From: Gemmatimonadota bacterium
GTDB taxonomy: Bacteria > Gemmatimonadota > Gemmatimonadetes > Gemmatimonadales > GWC2-71-9
Assembly: GCA_009692185.1 (NCBI GenBank)
Contig: SHZT01000009.1
Coordinates: forward strand, 49,335 to 113,334
Reading direction: 5' to 3'
DNA: 64,000 bases
Of this stretch, positions 1 through 9,597 are shown in pieces (the first letter of the stretch is position 1; every line of letters begins with the position of its first letter). The position numbers were made by a program, and so were the translations under genes. The notes under the pieces were generated by a model that did not search any database, had not been told where the DNA came from, and worked only from the letters and a program-made list of their open reading frames with translations.

Positions 1-623
1 CCGCACGACGGGCGCTGACACCACCGCCCCGGTCGGTCCTCGACGTGGGCTGCGGTTCCGGTGTTGTCGCCGTGGTGCTGGCCAGGAACCTGCCGGCCGG
101 CACAACCGTGTGCGCATCGGACTTGAGTGAGGCGGCAGCCCGGCTGGCAGGGCGGAACGCGGCACGAAACGGCGTGACGATTGATTGCCGTTCAGGAAGC
201 CTGTTCGCGCCGTGGGCCGGAAGGCAGTTCGACCTGATTGTTGACGACGTCGCCGGGGTCTCGGAGCCCCTCGCCCGGGCCTCCGGATGGTATCCCTCCC
301 AGGTCCCGAGCGAGGCGGGCCGTGACGGCACGCGCTGGATCCTGAACGTGATCGACCAGGCGCCGGATTATCTCGCTCCGGGCGGGCGGCTGTGCTTTCC
401 GGTGCTGACCCTGTCCCGGGAAAACCTCGTCATCGAGCGGGCGCGGGCTCGATTTGCCACCGTGACCCAGGTCGAAGAGCAATGGTACCCACTGGGCGAG
501 GATCTGCTCGCTCAGTGGACCCTGGTCGAGGAACTCGTCGCTGACGGGAGCATCACCATCGAGAAACACGGGAGCCGGTGGTGCTGGGCGACGAGGGTTT
601 TCCTCGCCGAGCGCGCGTCCTAA
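1..623 (+). CDS. class I SAM-dependent methyltransferase, 5' end outside window
   Basis: The frame of ORF 45..623 stays open back to base 3. It carries LDVGCGSG (SAM motif I) and DLIVDDVAG. The subfamily is not recognisable. Confidence 0.7.
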   Translation, partial: ARRALTPPPRSVLDVGCGSGVVAVVLARNLPAGTTVCASDLSEAAARLAGRNAARNGVTIDCRSGSLFAPWAGRQFDLIVDDVAGVSEPLARASGWYPSQVPSEAGRDGTRWILNVIDQAPDYLAPGGRLCFPVLTLSRENLVIERARARFATVTQVEEQWYPLGEDLLAQWTLVEELVADGSITIEKHGSRWCWATRVFLAERAS

Positions 624-781
624 CCGCCCCGGCGGCCCTTCCCCTTCGAAATCTTTCCCCGCTTCAGCGGGCGCTTCGCCATATCGCGCACCTTCGCCTG
701 TTCGGAAATACGTTCCCGCTCGGCCTTGATCGCCTCGGTCGGGTACTTCTGTCCGTTCGGATACTCCGGCTTGTTCCCCAT
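620..781 (-). CDS. small basic hypothetical protein (53 aa)
   Basis: This is the tail of the 620..1699 minus ORF, starting at the ATG at 781: MGNKPEYPNGQKYPTEAIKAERERISEQAKVRDMAKRPLKRGKISKGKGRRGG. It fills an otherwise empty 250-nt gap. No family recognised. Confidence 0.3.
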   Translation of the reverse strand: MGNKPEYPNGQKYPTEAIKAERERISEQAKVRDMAKRPLKRGKISKGKGRRGG

Positions 782-874
782 GCTGTCCTGCCTTTCAGGG
801 TTAGCTGAAAGGTACCCTTCTGCACCCATCGACCGAGTTTTCATCTGAGCGTTAAGGGTAAGGATCTGCATCGT

Positions 875-3002
875 TTGACCACAGTCATGCTGAGGCACAA
901 GTTCCTGATCATGCGCTGCCCTGCCTGCCAGCAATCCAATCCCAACGAAGCCCAGTTTTGTCTTCACTGTGGGGCCGCAATCGAGACCGCCGCGCCGGCG
1001 ACCGCCGGGCGGGACCCGCAGCGTGCGGCCCTGGAGCGCGCACTGGGTGCCCAGTTCGAAATCGTACGGCTGCTCGGCCGCGGGAGGATGGGGGCCGTCT
1101 ATCTCGCCCGCGAGCGAGCCCTCGAGCGCGCCGTGGCTATCAAGGTCATGCCCTCCGAAATGGCGACCGATGCGGAGAGCCGGGAACGCTTCCGCCGCGA
1201 GGCGCGCACCGCGGCCAAGCTGACTCACCCAAACATCGTGCCGCTTCACACCTTCGGCGACGTAGAGGGGATGCTGTACTTCGTGATGGGCTATGTGCGC
1301 GGCGAATCGTTGGGCCAGCGGATGCATCGAGAGGGAAAGCTTCCGCCGGACGATGTGCGCCGCATCATCGGGGAGCTGGCGGGATCGCTGGACTACGCCC
1401 ACCGGCAGGGCGTCATCCACCGGGACATCAAGCCCGACAACGTGTTGCTGGATGACGAGTCCGGCCGGCCCATGCTCACGGATTTCGGGGTTGCGAAGGC
1501 GCGGGCTTCGGGCACCACGCTCACCGAGGCCGGCGCAGTCGTGGGCACTCCGCATTACATGTCTCCCGAACAGGCTGGCGGCGCCCGGGACCTGGATGGT
1601 CGAAGCGACCTCTACTCCCTCGGCATCATGGCTTACGCGATGCTCGCCGGACGGCTTCCGTTTGAGGGTGACAGCTTCCGAGACGTAATCGTGCAGCACG
1701 TGACCAAGGCGCCGCCCTCACTCAAGGCCTTGGTGCCGGACGTGCCCGCCGAACTTGAAGCGGCGGTGTCGCGTGCACTCGTGAAGGAGCCGGCGGCCCG
1801 GTGGCCTGATGGGCGCACGATGGCGTTGGCGCTCAGTGAGACTGACAGCGACGACGAGGATTCCGCCGTCCGAAAGCTCTCGCTCAGGGGGAATGGCCTG
1901 TTCGTCGGCGGGATGGTGGCCGCGTCGGCCGTGATCGCGCTGCTGAGCAGGATCCTGTTGTTCATGCAGACGCCGGGCCGCTCCGGCCAGCCCGCACCCT
2001 GGCTGGGCATTTGTCTCGTTCTGGGCGGAGTACCAGCGGTCGCAGCGGGGGCCATCGCCCTTCTCGAGCGGGCGCGCGGCGAACCCTGGAAGGACATCAT
2101 CGCGCAGTTCATGCTGCCGCCCCGCTGGTGGAACCTGTGGTGGCCCAAGCTGTGGCGACGCCGCGGCGACGTTTGGCATCGCCTCCCCACGCCGGTGCGG
2201 CGGGCACGCTGGTGGTACGGGGCGTCGATTCTCATTTTCGGCGCGACAGCGATTGTCATAGTGATCGTGTTCGACCGATGGGTTCATGAGATCGTGCCGC
2301 CGCGGTGGCTCACGACCGCTTTGCTCGCTGGCTCTTTCGCATACATGGGCTGCTTCTTCGCCACGGTGATCCAGCTGCGGGCCTGGGGTCGTGCCGCGGG
2401 GCTCGTCGGTGCCGGACCGGTCAAGATCGGGCTCGCACCGACCGGGCAGCTCGACATCTGGAGAAAGCCGAAGTATGCAGCCGTCCTCCTGCCCCCGGCC
2501 GGCGTGGCGGCGTCTGCCGGCCTCGAACCCAAAGCCCCCGAGGACTACATCCGCGCGATCCTGGAACGAACAAGGGACCTCACCGGGCGGGCTCGCGACC
2601 TGGGCAGCGAGGCGGTCGCATCGGCGCGGCACCTGCTTGCCGCGCTCGCGACGCTTGACGCCGAGATCGCGCTGCTCGCCCGCGATGCCAGCCCGGTTGA
2701 GATCGCCGCGCTGGAGCGCAGGCTCGTCGCGCCGCGAGTTGCGACAGGTGCTCACCACCCAGCGCGACCTGCTCACGCGCCTTGCCGACCAACTCGGCGG
2801 GGCGACGAGACGGAGGGATCGCCTCGTGGAGCTCCTGCGCACGCTGTGGCTCCAGGTGGCCAATCTCCGAGCCGAAATTGCGCGTGACACACTGGCAAAC
2901 GACGAGGTCACGGGACGCATTCGGGCACTTTGCCAGGACATCGCCCGCCAAGTGGACGCCGCCGCGACCGTCCGCATGATTGCGCCCGGCTCCCAAGCAT
3001 GA
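875..3002 (+). CDS. Ser/Thr protein kinase with N-terminal zinc-ribbon, TM segments and C-terminal coiled coil; apparent frameshift near 2725
   Basis: Motifs are CPACQQ..CLHCG, GRGRMGAVYLA, HRDIKPDNVLL and DFGVAKA. The ORF as called ends at 2887, but a coiled-coil-like continuation runs in the +1 frame to 3002. The true start may be the ATG at 911 (MRCPAC). Confidence 0.85.
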
Positions 3003-3035
3003 ATCTTCCCCTCATTCCCCCACGCCGAGATACCA

Positions 3036-4676
3036 ATGACCACGAATGATTCGTCCGCGCTGAGCCGCCGCGATTTCATCGAACTGGGATCGTTCGCCGC
3101 CGCCGCGGCCGCATTGCCAAAGGTATCCCACGAGAAAGCCGAGCGCCTGGCCGTCCCGGCGGAGCAGCAGGCCTTCGCGCTCGAGGAAGTGACGATCGCC
3201 CAGCTCCAGGACGACATGAAGTCCGGGAAGCGCACATCGCGCGCCATTGCCCAGGCTTACCTGGGCCGGATTGCCGCGATGGACCGGCAGGGCCCGACGC
3301 TGCGCGCGGTACTCGAGACCAATCCCGACGCGCTCACGATTGCCGACCAGCTGGACGCCGAACGGAAGGCGGGCAAGGTGCGGGGGCCGCTCCACGGCAT
3401 CCCGGTGATCGTGAAGGACAACTGCGACACCCACGACCGCATGCAGACCACGGCCGGCTCGCTGGCGCTCGAAGGCAACATTGCCGAGCAGGACTCGGGC
3501 GTCGTGGCACGGCTCCGCGCCGCGGGAGCCGTGATTCTCGCCAAGGCGAACCTGTCCGAATGGGCCAACTACCGGTCCACTCGCTCCTCGTCCGGATGGT
3601 CGGGCCGCGGGCGGCAGTGCAAGAACCCCTTCGTGCTGGACCGGAACCCGAGCGGCTCGAGTTCCGGGACGGGGTCGGCAGTCAGCGCCAACTTCGCGGC
3701 GGCGGGTGTCGGCACGGAGACGGATGGGTCGGTCATCAGCCCGTCGAACGCGTGCGGGCTCGTGGGCATCAAGCCAACGGTGGGCCTGGTAAGCCGCGCG
3801 GGCATCATTCCGATCGCGCACTCGCAAGACACGGCCGGCCCCATGTGCCGCTCGGTATCCGACGCGGCCATCATGCTGACGGCCATGGCCGGGGTGGACC
3901 CGCGAGACTCGGCCACCGCGGAGGCCGCCGGCCACATCTCGGACTACACCACGGTGCTGGACGCGAATGGGCTCCGCGGCGCGCGTATCGGCATCCCATA
4001 CGTACGTGCCGGTACCAACCCGACGGTGGACCGGATCGTCGAGGACGCCATCCGGGTGCTCAAGTCCCTCGGGGCCGAGGTCATTGACCCTGCGCCGATC
4101 GAAACGGCAGGCCAGTTGGGGAACAACGAGCGGGACGTGCTGCAGTACGAGTTCAAGACAGACCTGAACGCCTACCTCGCCACGATGCCGCCCCACGTGA
4201 AGAACCGCACCCTCGCGGACCTGATCGCGTTCAACGATGCGAACAAGGACCGCGAAATGCCCTACTTCGGCCAGGAGACATTCATCGCGTCGCAGGCCCG
4301 CGGGCCGCTTACCGAGCAGGCGTACATTGACGCGCGAGCCAAGTGCATCGAGCTCACACGGACCAAGGGCATTGATGCGACAATGACCAGGTTCGGTCTC
4401 GACGCCATCATGGGGCCGTCTGGTGGGCCGGCAGGGCTGGTGGATCTCGTCGGCGCGGGCGGTGGCGGAGGCGCTGGCAGCTCCCAGTTCCCCGCGGTAT
4501 CGGGGTACCCCCACATCACCGTGCCAGCCGGTTTCCACTTCGGGCTGCCGATCGGCATCTCGTTCTACGGCAGGGCGTGGAGTGAGGCCGTGCTGGTCAA
4601 GTTCGCGTTTGCATTCGAGCAGGCGACCAAGGTCCGGAAAGCGGCCGGGTTCATTCCGACGCTGGCGTTGAGCTGA
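3036..4676 (+). CDS. amidase (amidase-signature family), Tat-exported
   Basis: It has the Gly/Ser-rich signature GSSSGTGSAVSANFAAAGVGTETDGS and a twin-arginine leader SRRDFIELGSFAAAAAAL. Confidence 0.9.
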   Translation: MTTNDSSALSRRDFIELGSFAAAAAALPKVSHEKAERLAVPAEQQAFALEEVTIAQLQDDMKSGKRTSRAIAQAYLGRIAAMDRQGPTLRAVLETNPDALTIADQLDAERKAGKVRGPLHGIPVIVKDNCDTHDRMQTTAGSLALEGNIAEQDSGVVARLRAAGAVILAKANLSEWANYRSTRSSSGWSGRGRQCKNPFVLDRNPSGSSSGTGSAVSANFAAAGVGTETDGSVISPSNACGLVGIKPTVGLVSRAGIIPIAHSQDTAGPMCRSVSDAAIMLTAMAGVDPRDSATAEAAGHISDYTTVLDANGLRGARIGIPYVRAGTNPTVDRIVEDAIRVLKSLGAEVIDPAPIETAGQLGNNERDVLQYEFKTDLNAYLATMPPHVKNRTLADLIAFNDANKDREMPYFGQETFIASQARGPLTEQAYIDARAKCIELTRTKGIDATMTRFGLDAIMGPSGGPAGLVDLVGAGGGGGAGSSQFPAVSGYPHITVPAGFHFGLPIGISFYGRAWSEAVLVKFAFAFEQATKVRKAAGFIPTLALS

Positions 4677-4683
4677 CCAGCCG

Positions 4684-5499
4684 TTGAAAATCTTTGCCGA
4701 CCAGGCGCTGTCCCGGCGCCTCGAACGAACAGAAGCGACGGCCAACGCGCGGTTCGTCGAGGCACGGGCTTCCCTTTTCCCGAAAAGCGGTGCCACCTGG
4801 ATCGAAGTCGCCGGCGCCTACGCCATGTTCGACGGCGTGGACTCGCCGTGCACCCAGACGTTCGGGCTGGGCGTGTTTCAGGCGCCCACGGTGAGTGACT
4901 TCGAAACCATCGAGCAGTTCTTCCGGGAACTGAAGGCGCCGATGCATCACGAGGTCAGTCCATTGGCTGACCCCGCGACACTTGCCCTGCTCACCCAGCG
5001 GGGGTATCAGCCGATGGAGCTATCCAGCGTGACGTTCTGCCCGATCGAGGAAGCCCTCGCGCTGGCCAATCCGCCGGACACCACGATCAAGACGCGGCTG
5101 ATCCGCAAAGGTGAAGGCCAACTCTGGGCGGAGACGGCGGCGAACGGATGGGCTGACTCGGCGCCGAACGGCGTCCTGACGGACCTGATGCGCGTCACTG
5201 CCGAGCGACCGGAAGCGCTTCCGTTCCTGGCGGAACTGAACGGCGCACCTGTCGCGGCCGGCTCGTTGGCCATTACCGCTGGCGTCGCCTTCCTGGCCGG
5301 GGCGAGCACGATCCCGAGTGCGCGAAGACAAGGCGCCCAGCTGGCGCTATTGAGCGGCCGATTGCGCTACGCGGCGGAACAGGGGTGTGATATCGCGATG
5401 ATGTGCGCGGCCCCCGGGAGTGGTTCCCAGCGCAATGCCGAGCGGAATGGGTTCCGGATCGCCTACACGCGGCTCAAGTGGCAGCTGGCTCCTTGCTAG
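4684..5499 (+). CDS. GNAT family N-acetyltransferase
   Basis: The C-terminal acetyl-CoA motif is ARRQGAQLALLSGRLRYAAEQGCD...RNAERNGFR. Confidence 0.75.
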   Translation: MKIFADQALSRRLERTEATANARFVEARASLFPKSGATWIEVAGAYAMFDGVDSPCTQTFGLGVFQAPTVSDFETIEQFFRELKAPMHHEVSPLADPATLALLTQRGYQPMELSSVTFCPIEEALALANPPDTTIKTRLIRKGEGQLWAETAANGWADSAPNGVLTDLMRVTAERPEALPFLAELNGAPVAAGSLAITAGVAFLAGASTIPSARRQGAQLALLSGRLRYAAEQGCDIAMMCAAPGSGSQRNAERNGFRIAYTRLKWQLAPC

Positions 5500-6670
5500 A
5501 GGGCCCCAGCAACAAGGCCAACGCCAGCACGCCGCCAGCCAGGCCGCTCACGATGAGCGCCGCGGGCCCACCCATCCGCGCATACACCATCCCGAACGTG
5601 ATGCCTCCCAGAAGCCCGGCGATGCCCACGCTTGCGTGGTAGATGCCGAACGTCTTCCCCACGCCCCTGTCTCTCGCCGCGGCGGCCACGAGCGCCCGTT
5701 CCGGTGATTCCGTGAGCGCGGCCACCAGCCCGAACACGAGGAACCAGCCCACGCCGCTCCACGGACTCGTGATCGTGGCCATCGCCATGCACACGAGCCA
5801 GTACGCGAACCACCCGCCGAGCATCACGGACTTCGGGCCCAGGGAATCGGACAGCCGGCCGCCGGGATAACTCAGCGTCGTCCGAATGACATGCAACGCG
5901 GCCCATACGAGAGGGGTGAGGGCCACCGGCAGCCCCAGATCCTTCAGGCGCAGCAGGAACAGCATCTCGGGGAACCGGGCGAAGGCGAACAGGACGATGA
6001 GATAGAGGAGAGAGTTGGGCTGGCGTTTCGCGTTGTTCGGGAAGGGGGAAGCGGGAAGCGGGAAGGGGTTGTCCGCTTCCCCCTTCCCGCTTCCCGCTTC
6101 CCCTCTCACCGCCCAAAACACAGCCAACACCGCAATCAGTCCCGGCACCACGCTCCACACGATCACACGGTCCGGGGAAAGTCCCACCTGGCTCAGCAGG
6201 AGCCACGCCACCAGCGGTCCGACGACCGCGCCCGCGTGGTCCATGGCCCGGTGAAACCCGAACGCACGGCCGCGCATGTCGGGCGTCACGGCATCCGCGA
6301 TCACGGCGTCGCGCGGCGGCGTGCGTAAGCCCTTCCCGACGCGATCTGTCGCGCGGAGCGCGATCACCTGCCACGCGGCCGTGGTCGCGCCGATTACGGG
6401 CCGGGTCACCGCGGCGATGCCGTAGCCGGCGAGGATCAGCGGCCGGCGGAGCCGCGGGCGGTCCGCCAGGAATCCGGACCAGAGCTTGGCGGCGGCGGAC
6501 AGCGCCTCGGAGATCCCGTCGAACAGGCCAAGCGAGAGGGCGCCGCCACCCAGCGACGCCACGAGCGCCGGGATGAGCGGGTAGATCATCTCGCTGGCGA
6601 GATCGTTGAAAAAGGAGACGAGGCCCAGGGATTTGACGACGGGCGGGAGGCCCCGCTCCGATTCACTCAC
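5474..6670 (-). CDS. MFS transporter
   Basis: It has about 12 hydrophobic segments and MFS loop motifs (DRPRLRRPLIL, DRVGKGLRTPPRDA). The central loop carries the repeat-derived insert GEAGSGKGEADNPFPLPASPFP. Confidence 0.85.
   Translation of the reverse strand: MSESERGLPPVVKSLGLVSFFNDLASEMIYPLIPALVASLGGGALSLGLFDGISEALSAAAKLWSGFLADRPRLRRPLILAGYGIAAVTRPVIGATTAAWQVIALRATDRVGKGLRTPPRDAVIADAVTPDMRGRAFGFHRAMDHAGAVVGPLVAWLLLSQVGLSPDRVIVWSVVPGLIAVLAVFWAVRGEAGSGKGEADNPFPLPASPFPNNAKRQPNSLLYLIVLFAFARFPEMLFLLRLKDLGLPVALTPLVWAALHVIRTTLSYPGGRLSDSLGPKSVMLGGWFAYWLVCMAMATITSPWSGVGWFLVFGLVAALTESPERALVAAAARDRGVGKTFGIYHASVGIAGLLGGITFGMVYARMGGPAALIVSGLAGGVLALALLLGPSSKEPAAT
6045..6103. repeat. perfect 24-bp inverted repeat with 11-nt loop, built of GGGAAGC heptamers, inside the MFS CDS
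   Basis: GGGGAAGCGGGAAGCGGGAAGGGG (6045-6068) pairs with CCCCTTCCCGCTTCCCGCTTCCCC (6080-6103). The arms are exact reverse complements (hand-checked). Confidence 0.9.
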
Positions 6671-8285
6671 CGAGTCCCATGCCCCACTTGATCAAACTCA
6701 CCGGCAAGCCACCGTACGCGAGGGCCGCATCGTGGAACCCCCGCAGGGAATAGGCCGAGCCCCGGGCCGCCTTGTACGCCTCGCGGAGCGCCCGGAATTC
6801 CCTCCGCCCCACAGCATAACAGAGCTGGTAGCCTGGAGTCCCGCAGTATCGCCGGACTTCTGCCTCGGCATTGTGGCGGTCGAAGTGCACGCGGTCCACC
6901 AGCATCTGGACCGCCTCGTGAAACGTCATGCCCCGCGTGTGGAGCCCGACGTCCAGCACGATGCGCACCGCCCGCCACATCAGGTGGACCCGCTGGAAGA
7001 AGCGCTCCTCGCGCCCGTAGAACCCTTCCTCGCCCATCATCTCTTCGCAGTACAGCGCCCAGCCTTCGATCGTCAGCGGAGTCCCCACGACGCGCCGAAC
7101 GAGGCGCGGTTGCGCCAGGGCCGTGAGAAACTGGAGGTGGTGACCGGGATACCCCTCGTGGAGCGCGGTGGAGGCCAGCTCGTGCACGCAGTGATCCCGC
7201 AGGATGCGCTCGCTCACCGCCGGGTCGGTGTCCCGGTCCGGAGGAGTCACGAAGAACCTCCCGGTGCGATCCGCGGAAAAAGCCCCCGGCGGCTGATAGG
7301 CCGCGAAGGGCATGAGCGGCTTGAGGAACGCCGGTGTCTCGATGACATCGAGCGGCCCACGCGGAATGGCCACGAGTTTCTCGGCCTCGACGAACTTGCG
7401 GGCCCGGGCCATTTGCCGGCCGTACGCACCGACCAGCTCATTCGCTCCGGGGTGCTCGGCCCGCAACCGGTCCACCAGCTGGGGCCATTTGACGCTGGGG
7501 TCAATCTCCTTCCCCAGGCGCACGAGATCCTGCTCCACCTCTTCGACGAGGTTGGTGCCATACCGCCACAACTCGGGCGCGGTGTCCCGCAAGGCGTGCT
7601 CGTAGTGCAGGCGAAAGTTGAATGCGTCCTCACCGATGGCGAACTCGCCGTTCGCAGACCGCCGGAGGTCATCACCGAGGTAGCGGCCGAACGATGCGAG
7701 TGACGCCTTCGCCTGCGCGACCGTGTCCTGAAAGCCGGGCTCGCTCTTCGGGGCCAGTTGCTCGCTCACCTGGTCCAGCAAGAGTTGCCCACCCCCAACC
7801 ACCGACAGGGCGGTGTCCACGAATACCTGCGGGCAGTCCGCCAGCGTCGCCTTGGCCAACTCGAAGAACTGGGGGACCGCTTCCAGCCGCGCCCGCGCGG
7901 AGCGCGCTCGATGCTCGTGCGGCCGGTCGGTCAGGGCGAGCAGGTGATACAGACCTTCCAGGACGTGGTTGAGCCAGAAACCGGGGTCGGTGACGTGCGG
8001 CTGTTCGATGGTGAACCGCTGGACGGTGACTCGCACGTCGTTGAGCAACGCCGTCCGGTCAATCTCGTCGTCTATGGAGTCGGGTTCCAGCGCCTCGAGC
8101 GAACCGGCGAGCGACTTGAGCGCCACCATGTGCAGCCGGACGCTTTCCTCCGAGTAGTCACCCAGCCGTCCGTCGTGCTCGGTGAGCCCCTGCGCCGTGG
8201 CGAACACCGGGTCCAGGTGCCACCGCAGGTCGAGGTACGAGGGGAAAATCCCCGCGAGACTAGTGTCGTCCGCCAACGCCGGCAC
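6663..8285 (-). CDS. DUF885 family protein (metallopeptidase-like)
   Basis: LHEGYPGHHLQ and GYQLCY motifs, and a size of about 540 aa, are typical of DUF885. Confidence 0.75.
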   Translation of the reverse strand: MPALADDTSLAGIFPSYLDLRWHLDPVFATAQGLTEHDGRLGDYSEESVRLHMVALKSLAGSLEALEPDSIDDEIDRTALLNDVRVTVQRFTIEQPHVTDPGFWLNHVLEGLYHLLALTDRPHEHRARSARARLEAVPQFFELAKATLADCPQVFVDTALSVVGGGQLLLDQVSEQLAPKSEPGFQDTVAQAKASLASFGRYLGDDLRRSANGEFAIGEDAFNFRLHYEHALRDTAPELWRYGTNLVEEVEQDLVRLGKEIDPSVKWPQLVDRLRAEHPGANELVGAYGRQMARARKFVEAEKLVAIPRGPLDVIETPAFLKPLMPFAAYQPPGAFSADRTGRFFVTPPDRDTDPAVSERILRDHCVHELASTALHEGYPGHHLQFLTALAQPRLVRRVVGTPLTIEGWALYCEEMMGEEGFYGREERFFQRVHLMWRAVRIVLDVGLHTRGMTFHEAVQMLVDRVHFDRHNAEAEVRRYCGTPGYQLCYAVGRREFRALREAYKAARGSAYSLRGFHDAALAYGGLPVSLIKWGMGLGE

Positions 8286-9522
8286 CCGTCTCCAACGTGG
8301 CTTCGTTCACGATCCGGTGACACTCGGCCTCCGCCAGCGTGCGATCGGCCGCCTTGGCTGCCGCGAACAGGCGATCGCACACGACCGCGTCGCCAGCATC
8401 GTAGCCATGCTCTTCCAGCCAGCACTTCACGTTCGAGAGTCCCGAGACCGGGGATATCTTGATGCGCTGCTTCAACCCGAACGCCGTGGCCGGGACGGCC
8501 GAGTAGATCCGGTCCGCCAGCCACGCGTCGCCCTTTTTTCGCGCCTTGATGATCGCCGCGGCGTGGACACCGGTGCCCGTGCGGAACGCGTCGGAGCCGA
8601 GCACCGGGTAGTTGGCCGGTAGCGGCACTCCGATCGTGGCCGCGGCCAGCTCGCAGTACTCGCGGAGGCGCGATACGTCGTGCTGATGAGCACCCAGCAG
8701 GTACAGGTTGACGATGAGCAGGTCCATCTCCGCGTTGCCGACCCGCTCGCCCACGCCCAGGGCCGTGCCGTGGATCCGGTTGGCACCGGCGCGAATCGCC
8801 GCGAGGCAGTTGATGAGCCCCAGGCCGCGGTCACGATGCCCGTGCCAGTCAACCTTTACGTCTTCGCCTGAGGGTTTCACGATCTCCTCGATCACGAACC
8901 GCACCAGGCGGTGCGTGCCTTCCGGCGTCGCGTGGCCGACGGTGTCCGCGAGGCAAAGGCGCCGGGCGCCCCAGCGAATGGCGTTGCCGTAGAGCGCCGT
9001 GAGCGTCTCCGGCCGGGCGCGGGTCGAGTCCTCGGCCACGAACATCACCGGGAGGCCTTCGCGCACCGCGAACGTCACGGCCTCTTCGCTGACCCTGAGC
9101 ATCCGCTCCAGCGTCCAGTCCTCGGTGTACTGGCGAATGGGCGATGAGCCGATGAACGTCGCCGCCTCGATGGGGATGCCGACATCGTGGGAAATCTGCG
9201 CGATCGGCTCGACGTCGCTGAGCACCGTGCGCGCGGCGCAGTTCGGCGAAATGGGGATCTTCTCCCGAACGATCTCCTTGGCCAGCGCGCGGACCGAATC
9301 CACCACACGGGGGCCGGCACCCGGCAGGCCGATATCCGCCGAGGCGATCCCCAGGTCGGCCATCAGGTGCAGGAGTTTGAGCTTGACGTCGAGCGGGGGG
9401 TCGATCGCGGAAGGAGACTGGAGGCCGTCGCGCAGGGTCTCGTCATTCAAGTCAATGCGGACGGACTTCCAGTCGAAGCCGGCGTCCGAATTCCAGTCGT
9501 AGATCAGCTGGGATTCGTCCAT
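8260..9522 (-). CDS. isopropylmalate/homocitrate/citramalate synthase family protein (HMGL-like, short form)
   Basis: Motifs are LNDETLRDGLQSP and HGHRDRGLGLINCLAAIRAGANRIHGTALGVGERVGNAEMD. The start is chosen at MDESQLIY (9522) rather than the ORF start 9693. The canonical leuA lies elsewhere (46893..48554). Confidence 0.7.
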   Translation of the reverse strand: MDESQLIYDWNSDAGFDWKSVRIDLNDETLRDGLQSPSAIDPPLDVKLKLLHLMADLGIASADIGLPGAGPRVVDSVRALAKEIVREKIPISPNCAARTVLSDVEPIAQISHDVGIPIEAATFIGSSPIRQYTEDWTLERMLRVSEEAVTFAVREGLPVMFVAEDSTRARPETLTALYGNAIRWGARRLCLADTVGHATPEGTHRLVRFVIEEIVKPSGEDVKVDWHGHRDRGLGLINCLAAIRAGANRIHGTALGVGERVGNAEMDLLIVNLYLLGAHQHDVSRLREYCELAAATIGVPLPANYPVLGSDAFRTGTGVHAAAIIKARKKGDAWLADRIYSAVPATAFGLKQRIKISPVSGLSNVKCWLEEHGYDAGDAVVCDRLFAAAKAADRTLAEAECHRIVNEATLETGAGVGGRH

Positions 9523-9597
9523 TGGCGAAGTCTGCGGCCCGCCCACGGGGGCGTCAAGCTTGCCGGGTGCGCCCGTCGCCCGCCAATTTCCTTCCCC

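Noticed and set aside
620-1699. Long antisense ORFs throughout the track, for example 620..1699(-), 1718..3247(-), 3012..4796(-), 12705..14612(+), 36632..38536(+), 38698..40155(-), 56717..58162(+) and 60780..63176(+).
   Set aside because: Each lies opposite a gene with clear family motifs. Each translates to Arg/Pro/Gly/His-rich low-complexity sequence, which is typical of shadow frames in high-GC DNA. Only the last 53 codons of 620..1699 fall in an unassigned gap, and those are listed separately at low confidence.
8260-9522. The second LeuA-like gene as a duplicate of the leucine pathway or as part of a novel biosynthetic cluster with DUF885 and the M20 peptidase.
   Set aside because: Only the catalytic TIM-barrel motifs can be recognised. 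The neighbours are common hydrolase-type genes. The arrangement (one overlap, one divergent promoter) gives no specific functional signal from sequence alone.
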